Sequence record: MZ475897.1
DNA length: 64,000 nucleotides
Reading direction: 5' to 3' (one strand)
Shown: positions 18,038 to 27,823 of the stretch, in pieces
How positions within the stretch are numbered: position 1 is the stretch's first letter
How the letters are laid out: every line of letters starts with the position of its first letter
The notes under the pieces: generated by a model
Database searches by the model: none
The model's input: only the letters and a program-made list of their open reading frames with translations
Told to the model about the DNA's origin: nothing
Position numbers and translations under genes: made by a program

Positions 18038-21000
18038 CTACTGGTATCTGACGGTTAGCACAGAACTACCGAAGGCACGCGCATTGGTACGATAGATACA
18101 GACAATATCTGTCAGGTTATCGTAGACTCTGCGACCAACAATCGGTCCTGTTTTACCATCTGATCCCGTTACTGGCCACTGAGCACCATCAAAGCCTAAC
18201 CACGCACGATTCACGTTACCCGTAGCATCAGCAGCAGCGCTGAACACAGGCGTACCGTAATCTTGGCGCACAACAAAGTAACCATATTCCTCTGTCTTAG
18301 TTGACAGTACGAACTGGCCACCTGTGTTAGAACGCAAGCGCGTAGGCAGTTGATCGAGTGCAATGCTTATCGTTGTCAAACCGAATGGCGCAACACCGAA
18401 ACGAGGATAGGATGAATACGCTGTCATGAAGTGGGTCTGCGTCAAACGCTGTTGCCCTTCAATGTACAGTGCTTTCACACCAAACTTGGTATCGTTGAGC
18501 AACGTACCGATAACCAGCTTACCTGTCTGAGCGTTAATGCTGATACCTTGCACGTCTACAACGTCACCCTTCTCGTTTGTTATTTGCCACAAACATTTGG
18601 CGCTAACATCTTCCTTGTCAAACGTACCAGTACGACCGAGCAATGCGCTGATCTGCATCGCGCTATCATCGCGCACGTTAGTGTAACCACCCACAGATAA
18701 ATCTTGAGGGAAGCCAACGCCTGGACAAACGATTGTCTGTGTCAGGCTTATCGTGGTGCGCTGTTCCGTAATGATACATTCCACTTGAACTGTCTGTGGG
18801 TCCTTCGAAGCAGCAAAACTAAACGTACCGTCTTGCGCTAAGGTGAATCCAGTAGACGACTTAACAACGTTCCATTGGAATGACACAGAGTTAGCATCAG
18901 GCAGAACAGACGAGCCTGTCGCACCAGAACGGCGTTCATAGTATGCGATAAACTTGTAGTCTTTGTTCGGCTCAATGTTTGAAGCAGGGTTCTCGATGGC
19001 ACCACTAAGGATAGTGTTCAACGTTTGCAGATTAACAGTACGACTACTGGTAATCGTTTCGTCCACCAGCGAGTACGGGTTCTGCTTGGTAAACGTGGCG
19101 TTGATTGTAATCAGGCCATCAGACAACTGAGACTGACCGATATACAGATGACCGTTAAGCTGATCAATCGATACACCATCAACGTTGGTGCTTTCCCCAA
19201 TAGACCACAATGCGTCTGTTGTTGTCAGCTCATCATCAGGGTCGATAATGATACGCAGCGAGAACGGAACGAACCAGCGGCCATTCTCATACCCAACATC
19301 AGGGTTACGATCAGACACGTCCCACACAATATCAGGACCAACGATACCCATTTGACGCAGATACGTGTTAGCCTGTACGAGGAACACCGTAAGTGTCTTC
19401 TCAATCTGATATTGGTCACAGGTATAACGCGCACGCAACGTCACAGCACCATTAACGTTCTGGTTAGGCGTGATGTTACCTTCATCGTCAATCACTGCGA
19501 TTATATCATCGGTCGGCACAAGCACTGTCGTATTATTCGGACCTGCCTGTGTGTAATACTGACCAATGATAGCCCACTCGGCATACTGCTCAAGTTCGAA
19601 CGTGGTAGGCTTCTCTTCCAGATATGAACCATCAATCGTTCGCGCTACGCCGCCTGTTTGGTATGTGAGTACGAGCGCATAAGACTCGGACAGCACGCCA
19701 GCAGAAATCTGAGTAGCACCTTCAATGCGACTGTTGATCACATTGTTGATACTCTCTTTAGGCTTAGGCGAAACGATCAAATCAATCTTGTTGCTCACAC
19801 GGAAGAACGAGGCAATCACCTGAGTGTACGTCGGATAGAGACACTTGCCTGCTTGCAGTATCGCACCATCGTAGAACGTATTCTCCAAATCAGTCAGACT
19901 CGCAATGGAGTTGAACATAGGCAACTTGGAGACTTTCATCGCACGGAAGTCTTTGTACGACGCAGGCGTTGAGCCTTCTACGATTTCAACAACAGCCATA
20001 CCACTATAACGACCAGGCGAGAACTGTAGGACTTTGTAATCATCTGTGTCTTTATCCGGCCAGTTGCCAGACCACTGTGCGGCAGTAACGTATTCCTGAG
20101 TACCATCTGCATAGGTTGCGAGCAAACGCACAAAGGTACGTGTATTCGAATACAGGGTGTCAGGACATTCGATAGTGATTGAATCCACCAGCGCACGTAA
20201 CGGGATAAGCTGAATGTCTCGGTAGTTTACCAGCTCAGTGCCTTCGTACTCATAGTGCATCGTAATGCGTGCAGCACCATGCAAGTCACCTTGGAAGTAA
20301 AGCGAGTATTCATCAAACTGACGTTCCATAATCGGGTCATACACACTGTTGGACGAGGCCGATACGTTCAGCGTTACCCAGCGAGCATATTCAGGATTAT
20401 CTGGGTCATACTGCGTTGGGTCCTGACCTTGCTCGACAGCTTCCTGTTGCAGCTTGATGGTACGCTCACGCGCTTCTTCCTTGGCGCTCGCACTCGGCAC
20501 GTACTCAACGCTAACAGACGCAGCAGCCGCATACACTTGACCGTCGTTCCACAAACACACAGTCGGCAGCATCAACGTGTTGCCGTTACCGATAGATGAG
20601 GAGCTACGCAGATCCACCTGCTTAGGAATCATGATAGTATCATTGATCAAGAACAGGTTTTGGTATGTCTGTGTTGTACCTTCTGTGTAAGCAAAACACA
20701 GAGCATATCGCACAGCATCACCATCAACCAGAGGCGCAGTAAACTCACCGCTCTTCGGGTCAACATACGTGAGGGCGTGTGTATCGGTCGCTGTGTCTGC
20801 ACGACTGAACCAAACGCCTTGAACCTCTGTGTAAGCTACCACGATCGAGGGGTCACGCGCAGCAATTTGCTCAGGCGTTGCAGCAGCTAACACATACAGT
20901 GCCATAGCCTTAGGACGAATGATTGTGCGCTCAACGATGGTATCAGGAATAACAAGGTCAACAGTCGCAAGCGCAATCTCAGGCGCCTTCATCTTAATCT

Positions 21001-22564
21001 GACGCACAGCCTGAATAGGAGTGACGTCACCAAACTCAGCATACAGCGAGGTCATGTAATCCTGACGCATCACCTTAGACTTGAGTGTGGACTCTACAAT
21101 GTCAGTCCATTCAGATGTAGAGCGGCACTGTGCAGAGGAGACCTTAGACGTACCATCGTTGTATGTAACGACATACTTGATCGCTTGGTCCTGCCCTTGA
21201 GCAATCTCGTCATCAACAAGAATCTCCAGATTGACAGGCACAAGGTCCTTGACGCTGCGGTTGACAGCAAACTCTTTCGTCTGCGTCATATCAAACTGAC
21301 CCTGGAAGTCTACCGTGATATCCAGAGTGGTGTCAGCATCAACACTAGGCAGTACCAACGTAGAACCGTTGAACGTACCCAGAGTAGAACTCAGTTTGAC
21401 CATACCGCTATCAGTCAGGTCCTTTGTCTGGCCCGTAGTTTTATACAGACCGTACACTTTGACCTTAGCGCTTGAGTTACCGTACAGGCTGGACGTTTCG
21501 ATTGTCAGCTCATCTGGGTCAGGCTCAACGCCGATAGGATAGATGCGACTCTCCAGCACTTGGCTGGTGGTGTTATAGCGCAAAGTAAGGCTAATCGAAG
21601 TGATAGCAAGAGGCTCATTGAAACGCACAGCATTACCATCACGCTCTGCAATCCACGAACTGTCTTCTACCCACACTTCGACTGTTTGTTCTGTGTTGTC
21701 GCTGTAACTGATAACAGCACCGAACGTCATCCACTCGCCACCACGAATAAACTCAGGCTGAATGAATGAGATAGCAGACTGCAAAGGACTGCCTACAGTG
21801 AATCGGCGGATAGGCTCTACCACTGTATGTGCACCGATATAAATCTGCGCTGTCATGTTGATTGCAGCGTACACGCCTTCGAGAACTTCTTCGATAGGCG
21901 CCCACTGATAGAACAGCTCGGAGATGCGACGATAGAACATTGCACTACGCGCCGTGTATTGCTCAACATCGTTGTTCACAGGGTCAAAGCCAATGTGGTT
22001 GTTGAACCAGTCTTCGGCTTCTGTCTGCGTCAACCCTACTTGCTGTAGCGCATTCACAACATCGGTCTGCGCGTCTTTTGTGATCGTCAGGTCAAGGCCA
22101 CCGTCAATCAGATGTGCATCGACTTCAAGATTAACCTTGTTCGTCTTATACCACTGGCCACCATCTTGAATCAAAGCACCAAGAGGCGTAGGCAGGAATG
22201 TCTGATAGTCCGCTGTGTACAGGCGGTTAGTATCAAACTGGCCACCTAGCAACAGACCAACAAACTTGTTCCACTGTGTTGTTCCACTGACTTGCTGCCA
22301 ATCAGGCAAGCAATCGATAACACGCTTTAACGTAGGCAGACGCGCGCTCATCAGGTCACGCGTCAAGTTGATGCCTAACTGGCGAATGGATGCAGCCGCC
22401 AGTTCATCGTTAGAGTCAGCATTGATGCGACGAAGGTCTAACAGTTGTTGAATAGCTGCCAGGTTTTGTTCGTCGTTGTGATCATCAAAGATTTGGAACA
22501 ACTCAGCCCACGCTTCATTCGACTCAACAAAGTCGATGTTAAAGGCTATCGAGTTAGTCTTCAC
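18038..22564 (-). CDS. Large baseplate wedge protein (gp7-like N-terminus) with multiple Ig-like repeats
   Basis: 1508 aa; follows the gp6-like gene; repeated I.G...A.Y.DG...V..W Ig-like patterns. Confidence 0.65.
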   Translation of the reverse strand: MKTNSIAFNIDFVESNEAWAELFQIFDDHNDEQNLAAIQQLLDLRRINADSNDELAAASIRQLGINLTRDLMSARLPTLKRVIDCLPDWQQVSGTTQWNKFVGLLLGGQFDTNRLYTADYQTFLPTPLGALIQDGGQWYKTNKVNLEVDAHLIDGGLDLTITKDAQTDVVNALQQVGLTQTEAEDWFNNHIGFDPVNNDVEQYTARSAMFYRRISELFYQWAPIEEVLEGVYAAINMTAQIYIGAHTVVEPIRRFTVGSPLQSAISFIQPEFIRGGEWMTFGAVISYSDNTEQTVEVWVEDSSWIAERDGNAVRFNEPLAITSISLTLRYNTTSQVLESRIYPIGVEPDPDELTIETSSLYGNSSAKVKVYGLYKTTGQTKDLTDSGMVKLSSTLGTFNGSTLVLPSVDADTTLDITVDFQGQFDMTQTKEFAVNRSVKDLVPVNLEILVDDEIAQGQDQAIKYVVTYNDGTSKVSSAQCRSTSEWTDIVESTLKSKVMRQDYMTSLYAEFGDVTPIQAVRQIKMKAPEIALATVDLVIPDTIVERTIIRPKAMALYVLAAATPEQIAARDPSIVVAYTEVQGVWFSRADTATDTHALTYVDPKSGEFTAPLVDGDAVRYALCFAYTEGTTQTYQNLFLINDTIMIPKQVDLRSSSSIGNGNTLMLPTVCLWNDGQVYAAAASVSVEYVPSASAKEEARERTIKLQQEAVEQGQDPTQYDPDNPEYARWVTLNVSASSNSVYDPIMERQFDEYSLYFQGDLHGAARITMHYEYEGTELVNYRDIQLIPLRALVDSITIECPDTLYSNTRTFVRLLATYADGTQEYVTAAQWSGNWPDKDTDDYKVLQFSPGRYSGMAVVEIVEGSTPASYKDFRAMKVSKLPMFNSIASLTDLENTFYDGAILQAGKCLYPTYTQVIASFFRVSNKIDLIVSPKPKESINNVINSRIEGATQISAGVLSESYALVLTYQTGGVARTIDGSYLEEKPTTFELEQYAEWAIIGQYYTQAGPNNTTVLVPTDDIIAVIDDEGNITPNQNVNGAVTLRARYTCDQYQIEKTLTVFLVQANTYLRQMGIVGPDIVWDVSDRNPDVGYENGRWFVPFSLRIIIDPDDELTTTDALWSIGESTNVDGVSIDQLNGHLYIGQSQLSDGLITINATFTKQNPYSLVDETITSSRTVNLQTLNTILSGAIENPASNIEPNKDYKFIAYYERRSGATGSSVLPDANSVSFQWNVVKSSTGFTLAQDGTFSFAASKDPQTVQVECIITEQRTTISLTQTIVCPGVGFPQDLSVGGYTNVRDDSAMQISALLGRTGTFDKEDVSAKCLWQITNEKGDVVDVQGISINAQTGKLVIGTLLNDTKFGVKALYIEGQQRLTQTHFMTAYSSYPRFGVAPFGLTTISIALDQLPTRLRSNTGGQFVLSTKTEEYGYFVVRQDYGTPVFSAAADATGNVNRAWLGFDGAQWPVTGSDGKTGPIVGRRVYDNLTDIVCIYRTNARAFGSSVLTVRYQ

Positions 22565-24024
22565 TGATTCATCTTCCTTTCGCTATAAAGGATATTGACT
22601 CGCAGGTTACGCAGCGCAACATACTCAAGCACGGTGTTAGGAATGATATCCTGAACAGGACTTGGGATATTGCAGTAGTCCACTTCTGGGCGGCGCACTG
22701 GCTTGTCTGGGTCTGTCCAATCGTACAGCACACGGTCAGTAATGTCAGACAGCGCAAGACGTTTACCCAACATGCCCGGTCGGCGCTCAAACAACTTGAG
22801 GACAGACGCTTCCAGCACAGACTGATTCGACTCACGCGTGCCAGGAGCATCAGCATAAAGCGACACGTCCAGCACACAGTCAATCTGCAACTTGTCAGGG
22901 TTCCATGATTGAATATCAAGTGGGCTGCTGTACTGTGAAAGCCAGTTGAGGAACTTAGTCCACTGTGCAGACGAAGGGTTCGGGTTGATGCCGCCCCACG
23001 AGCTGGTGTTACGAGGTAGCACACAGATACGCACAACGCCTTGCCACTCTTTGTCGTTAGGTGCTATCTCTGCTTGCCCCTGAACAACAACGTCAGCAAC
23101 ATCAGGATAGAGCGCACACGCTGCCTTCCATTCATCACGACGAATCAGTTTCTTGCGGCTACGACCAACGATTGGACTGTAGTTGCGATAATACTCAGGA
23201 GGAGTTTCATCAGAACCACCAAGCGCGGCAGTAGTAGTCTTGCCTTGAAGCTGAGGGTTATCTAAGCACTGCACCTTCAGGCCCATGCTGTCAGTATTGC
23301 CCGCAGCGCCTACAGCTTTGATGCCCTGAACTTTCATCGTATAGCCAGCTGGTGGTTTGATTCCCCACTGCTCACCACCGAACTGAATCTCAACGTCACC
23401 GCTATCTGTTGTTACATCGAGGAAGATCTGTTGTCCAGCATACGCTTCAAACAAACACTTCTCATAGCGCTGATACTCAGTCTTGGTACCAGTAGGATGT
23501 TCGAACCAGACGCGTAGGTCAGACGTAAGCTCAAAGTTCTCGGTGCCTAAGGCAACAGTCATGTAATCATACGGGTTAGTGATAACTTGGCTGAACGTGA
23601 ACATGCTACCGATAATCAAATCAACTGTCTTGACTTCGCCTGGTGCCCATTGAGTTACTTCGGACAGGAGGGCTGAGCTATCGCCCACAGTGAATGCCGT
23701 ATACTTGTCATAACTGACTTTCACAGCACTCAGGTTAGCGATGGTAGCACTGACCGTAGACGTTGACTTGCGTCCAATATCCACACCCAGATAGCGGGCG
23801 TTAGCGAGGAGGCTTGTATTACGACGAGCAAGACGGCTGAACGCTTCACGCGCTGCAATCAGTGTAGCCCACGAGTTAGATACACCGATATCGCCAAGAG
23901 CATCGGCAAGGAGTGCAGTCAATGAACTGACTTGACTATCAGTCCAGTAAGAAGATTCGTTGATACGCTTGAGGAAGTCTTGTGCAAACTCCTCGTGCGT
24001 AGTATACGTGTTAAGCATGGACAT
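22561..24024 (-). CDS. Baseplate wedge protein (T4 gp6 / baseplate J-like)
   Basis: ARRNTSLLANARYLG motif, GGSDET, IRRDEWKA; downstream of the gp25-like gene. Confidence 0.8.
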   Translation of the reverse strand: MSMLNTYTTHEEFAQDFLKRINESSYWTDSQVSSLTALLADALGDIGVSNSWATLIAAREAFSRLARRNTSLLANARYLGVDIGRKSTSTVSATIANLSAVKVSYDKYTAFTVGDSSALLSEVTQWAPGEVKTVDLIIGSMFTFSQVITNPYDYMTVALGTENFELTSDLRVWFEHPTGTKTEYQRYEKCLFEAYAGQQIFLDVTTDSGDVEIQFGGEQWGIKPPAGYTMKVQGIKAVGAAGNTDSMGLKVQCLDNPQLQGKTTTAALGGSDETPPEYYRNYSPIVGRSRKKLIRRDEWKAACALYPDVADVVVQGQAEIAPNDKEWQGVVRICVLPRNTSSWGGINPNPSSAQWTKFLNWLSQYSSPLDIQSWNPDKLQIDCVLDVSLYADAPGTRESNQSVLEASVLKLFERRPGMLGKRLALSDITDRVLYDWTDPDKPVRRPEVDYCNIPSPVQDIIPNTVLEYVALRNLRVNILYSERKMNQ

Positions 24025-24443
24025 TATTGGGCCCTCATGGCAAACGTAACTGACTGCGTGTTTTCCAGTTTAGGACAACGCCAGTTGATAGTACATACAT
24101 AGGTCTGATCGTACTGAGCGCTCATACCACACGTTGTCCGTACATCGGTAACGTCATCAGTCAACCCGTTCGCTGGGTCTTCTAGTGCGATACGCATGTA
24201 GGTTGCAATCCACTGCGCGGTCTTATCATCAAACGGTTCGAACAGGTATTGATAGACGTCAGCACCAAACGCTTCACGCCATTTACGTGAACGCTTTCTC
24301 GTACCAACAACCATCAGAATCTTTTGGACGATGCTGTCCATGTTCTGGACGTTATCACGCGGCTCAAGATGAATCCATACGTTAACGTCACAGTAAACAC
24401 GCTCGGAGACAGGCACGTCAATCAAACGAATAGCGATAGCCAT
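24024..24443 (-). CDS. Baseplate wedge gp25-like protein
   Basis: GTRKRSRKWREAFGADVYQYLFEPFD is typical of the gp25/GPW family. Confidence 0.8.
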   Translation of the reverse strand: MAIAIRLIDVPVSERVYCDVNVWIHLEPRDNVQNMDSIVQKILMVVGTRKRSRKWREAFGADVYQYLFEPFDDKTAQWIATYMRIALEDPANGLTDDVTDVRTTCGMSAQYDQTYVCTINWRCPKLENTQSVTFAMRAQ

Positions 24444-24733
24444 TAGCCAAATCTCACGTTGTTGCTGCCATTGGATGCGGTGTCATTGCACGTATTAGGG
24501 TCACCATTGCGCTGAGCAGGCTTACCGTTAACACGCACAGTCGAACTGGAAATAGCGTAGCCCACATGCGGTGGTTTCTTAGGAGCTGAGTGCGGTTGAT
24601 ACGCATCTCCATGACGCACGCTCCCCTTACCATTGATCATGACATTAGCTGAGGCTTGTACTGCGACAACAGGGTAGAACCCGTTGTGTCCTGTGGACAG
24701 GTCTGCACCTAACCGAATTGCTTTCTGGCCCAT
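24443..24733 (-). CDS. PAAR-domain spike tip protein
   Basis: AIRLGADLSTGH, VRHGDAYQPH, AQRNGDPNTC; SNNVRFG end. Confidence 0.85.
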   Translation of the reverse strand: MGQKAIRLGADLSTGHNGFYPVVAVQASANVMINGKGSVRHGDAYQPHSAPKKPPHVGYAISSSTVRVNGKPAQRNGDPNTCNDTASNGSNNVRFG

Positions 24734-24756
24734 TGTTATTCTCCTCTGTTAGGCAC

Positions 24757-24764
24757 AAATTAGC
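24757..24764 (-). promoter_or_regulatory. GCTAATTT motif, candidate phage late promoter
   Basis: Between a terminator and the PAAR gene SD; 23 nt upstream of the ATG. Confidence 0.55.
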
Positions 24765-24780
24765 TTTATACGCGACAGAA

Positions 24781-24810
24781 ACAAAAACGGGCAGCCTAAT
24801 GGCCACCCGG
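24781..24810 (-). terminator. Rho-independent terminator
   Basis: Minus strand CGGGTGGCC-ATTA-GGCTGCCCG-TTTTTGT. Confidence 0.8.
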
Positions 24811-24832
24811 TTCTTGCGCTTGGATTTTGTCG

Positions 24833-24994
24833 CTATTCCCACATCCCTCGAACGTGTGCCACTGTGCCCTCAAGCACGTAGCCGGAATGAATAGAGGAAG
24901 GATAGACTGCCTGAGGTCCTTCCTGTAACGATAACAACCGACCAAGCATTGCGATTGCTATCAGCGACAATATGAGCAGTACAATCGTCATCAT
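24833..24994 (-). CDS. Small 53-aa membrane peptide (below the ORF-track cut-off)
   Basis: MMTIVLLILSLIAIAMLGRLL...; GAAGAG upstream; ends just before the terminator. Confidence 0.5.
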   Translation of the reverse strand: MMTIVLLILSLIAIAMLGRLLSLQEGPQAVYPSSIHSGYVLEGTVAHVRGMWE

Positions 24995-25039
24995 ATCGTC
25001 GTTACTCTTCTTTTGGCCGAACGGTATTGCATGGTTTGA

Positions 25040-26030
25040 TCAGATTACTCCGCTGCCTATCGTCCACGATCACTTAGGTTTCAGTTTCTTCATCTCTTTA
25101 CCGCCTGCGCTGCGGTCAAGCCGCACACCCTGCACACGAATCTAACACAAAGGGGCGGAAGAACCTTTATGCTCGAAACATGCACCTGGCGAAGGAGGCC
25201 ACGCATCGGTGATCTGCTGGTGTTAACACACTTTTAAGGCCTTTCTTTTGTGCACCATTCAAGAGACAGGGCCACCAGCTAGTGATCTCTTTAAGGTATC
25301 GCACTGACTTGTGAACAAGTCACGGGTTGAAAACTATACACTTCCATATGCGCATCGGGAGAAACGCATAAGGCTGATGCACAGCTTTGACTAAGAAGGA
25401 TTGCGCCCGTCGCCCGACTTCACTTGGGTATCGACAATCGTTCTCTCTTACTCCCTTGAGTACAGCGCAAGGAACACTGAGTCAATGAGTAGTCTGCGGG
25501 TGTTACTCACTAGAGGGTGAAAGCCTCTTAGATTCTCTATTCTGCACAGCACCTTAATGGACTTGAATCGCCCGCTGGAGTATCCAATAAGGCCCTCTCG
25601 GTTAGGCACCTTGCTGCACAGAAAACCCGGGGAGTACGTTACCATATAAAACGACTCTCCCCAATGCATACCAGAGCGACTTGATATGCATCAGGCAGTG
25701 AACGTTTGCAGAAGTTCAACTGCTTTGCTTCCCGCAGAACTAGAGCCACACCGTTGAGTATACGGTCCACAGTAGTTACATGCCTAGAGGATATTGCCTT
25801 GGAGTTTATGTCCTATGGAATAACCGGGCTCGTCGCGTCGGTGCCACAGCAATATTCTATCATGTGGTGCTGGGGTTGTTCCCCACATTATGCGATTGCT
25901 CGCAACCAGCTGGAGGTCTGCGTCCGATGAAAAGAATAACTAAGACGCAGATGAGCTTTTCAGAAAAAACGGCACACCAAGAAAATTGGCTAAACTCAGT
26001 GTGCGTATAGATATTACTATCTACAATTTT
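25040..26030. ncRNA. Candidate large structured non-coding RNA (strand uncertain, minus favoured)
   Basis: About 1 kb without a credible ORF in an otherwise gene-dense window; more than 12 hairpins and a multibranch helix seen by eye. Confidence 0.45.
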
Positions 26031-26051
26031 TATTTACAGATTTTTCTGAGA

Positions 26052-27815
26052 TTAGAATGCCTTACGTTCAACATTCGAATAATACGTTTCGTACGGCTCA
26101 GAATACAACTCAGGACCGCGCTGCGCACGCACAGTAACATAGCCTGTATGGCGATTCACTGCGGTGATTTCGATAGTAGGCTGTTTAGGCTTAATCGTGC
26201 CGTAGATAGGCGCGTTCATCGTTGGTGGGTCTGTCTGAATCTTGTTTACAGATTGCAGTGCAGCACCAGACAGCGTAGGGAACTTAAAGCGCAATTCAGC
26301 ACGCGTGCGCCCTGTAGCGATCTTGATACTACCCGCAGGCAGTTCAACGCCGCTCTGTTTCAAGTAAGCTGCGATGCGACGACCGATACCCGCCAATTGG
26401 TTCTTAGCGACAGGGTCCATCAGACCATCGAAACTAATAGCTGATTGCGGTTGATTCACTGACAGATGCATACCAGTGTTGAAGTAGCCTTCTGCGAGGA
26501 AGCGATACAACTGACGAACAATCTCAGGAGTGTTCTGTGCGATCACAGGTGTCAACAACTCAGGTGGGTTGGTCTTCATTGGGTCGCGGTATTCAACCTG
26601 ACCTTGCGAGTAACCCATGCTGATATGCTTAACACGAGGATAAGCAGACTGCAATGAACCAGTAGAGCGAATCAGGATAGAGCCAGACTTCGCTTGATCA
26701 TACAGTTCATCGCTGGTGGTTGTTGAGAACAGGAAGTAGTCGGTAGGCACAGCCATACGACCGATAGCTTCGATTGCTTTCGTCTGTACTTCTTTGATCG
26801 TCGAGCCGAACACTACACGACTGCGATTAGGCTGAGCGGTAGACACAGCAAAGAATGCACCGTACACCACCTTCTGGTCTTTGACGATAGGCGAAGCAGA
26901 CTTAACCTTTTGACCGCCTGGCAGTGGAGGTAGCTTAACGCCCACCAGCTTGCCTTTAGTGATTGCTTTGTTAGCAACAACAGGCTTCAAGGAAGACAGC
27001 AGCTTGTTCAACTCAGACCCGTCAAGAATCTTCTCCAGCGGAACAACGAGGTTCTGCGGCAGATAGTGTTTCTTGCGCAACGTATAGATAACGGTGTCTT
27101 TCTTGATCTGTAACGGAGTAGCCATGTTACGACCAGCTTGACCAACAGGCTGGAACGTATTCGCTTTGTCCTGACCAACAGAGCCGAACTCTTTGTCAAA
27201 CACAGACTGACCGATGATGTTCGCTGCACGCAGATGACCACGCACGTTGAACACAATCTTAGGTTCATCTTTCATGCGCAACTCATAGCGGTCACGCGTC
27301 AGATAGACCATACTGAACTTGTCGCCTTTCTCCAGCTCAAGGTCGTACTCATCGTTAGCGTCATCGATAACAACTTTCTTACCCTGATAGGTAGCGTACA
27401 CGCGAGCGGCAGCAGACTCCGAAGCAATCTTCAACGCTACGCCACAGTTAGACAGCGCGGTAGCATAGTTGGTTGCGTGGAACAGCGCGTCGTTCGATTC
27501 CGTGATAGCGACTTCTTTACCGCGTACGCCCAGCGCGAGGTGGATAGCGCTAGAGCTGGACATGAACACAGTGTGACCTGTATCTTCATGCTTACCAGCA
27601 AAGGACATACCACTAACACGCGACACAGACAGCGCATTCAGGTGCGGAGTAGTGAACGTATCACCCGCAGCAAAGTCAAAGATTTCACCTTGACGCCACG
27701 CGTAACCGATGTTGTTTGAACTCAAGCCAACAAACGCATCACCCACCTGTCGAATCGTAGTAGGGATAATGCTGAGATCGCGGACGATCTGATTTTGTTT
27801 CTGAATGATGGTCAT
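26052..27815 (-). CDS. Hypothetical basic protein with shared SH3-like module (putative head-internal protein)
   Basis: 587 aa; IASESAAA directly precedes the module at about 27200-27405. Confidence 0.65.
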   Translation of the reverse strand: MTIIQKQNQIVRDLSIIPTTIRQVGDAFVGLSSNNIGYAWRQGEIFDFAAGDTFTTPHLNALSVSRVSGMSFAGKHEDTGHTVFMSSSSAIHLALGVRGKEVAITESNDALFHATNYATALSNCGVALKIASESAAARVYATYQGKKVVIDDANDEYDLELEKGDKFSMVYLTRDRYELRMKDEPKIVFNVRGHLRAANIIGQSVFDKEFGSVGQDKANTFQPVGQAGRNMATPLQIKKDTVIYTLRKKHYLPQNLVVPLEKILDGSELNKLLSSLKPVVANKAITKGKLVGVKLPPLPGGQKVKSASPIVKDQKVVYGAFFAVSTAQPNRSRVVFGSTIKEVQTKAIEAIGRMAVPTDYFLFSTTTSDELYDQAKSGSILIRSTGSLQSAYPRVKHISMGYSQGQVEYRDPMKTNPPELLTPVIAQNTPEIVRQLYRFLAEGYFNTGMHLSVNQPQSAISFDGLMDPVAKNQLAGIGRRIAAYLKQSGVELPAGSIKIATGRTRAELRFKFPTLSGAALQSVNKIQTDPPTMNAPIYGTIKPKQPTIEITAVNRHTGYVTVRAQRGPELYSEPYETYYSNVERKAF

Positions 27816-27823
27816 ATTGATCC

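Noticed and set aside
25220-25256. Cluster of short palindromes (GTGTTAACAC, AAGGCCTT, GTGCAC)
   Set aside because: Counts are near chance expectation for 1 kb
25555-25580. tRNA T-arm-like GGGCGATTCAAGTCC on the minus strand
   Set aside because: No acceptor, D or anticodon arms or CCA end around it
25448-26010. Three 73-76 aa ORFs inside the non-coding region
   Set aside because: No SD, atypical composition, on both strands and partly overlapping; consistent with chance ORFs, though translation is not excluded
25040-26030. Assignment of the region to tmRNA, RNase P, group I/II intron, SRP or hammerhead
   Set aside because: Only fragmentary look-alikes (for example GGGTATCGAC, ACAGAAAACCCGG, CTGATGC); the full conserved cores are absent
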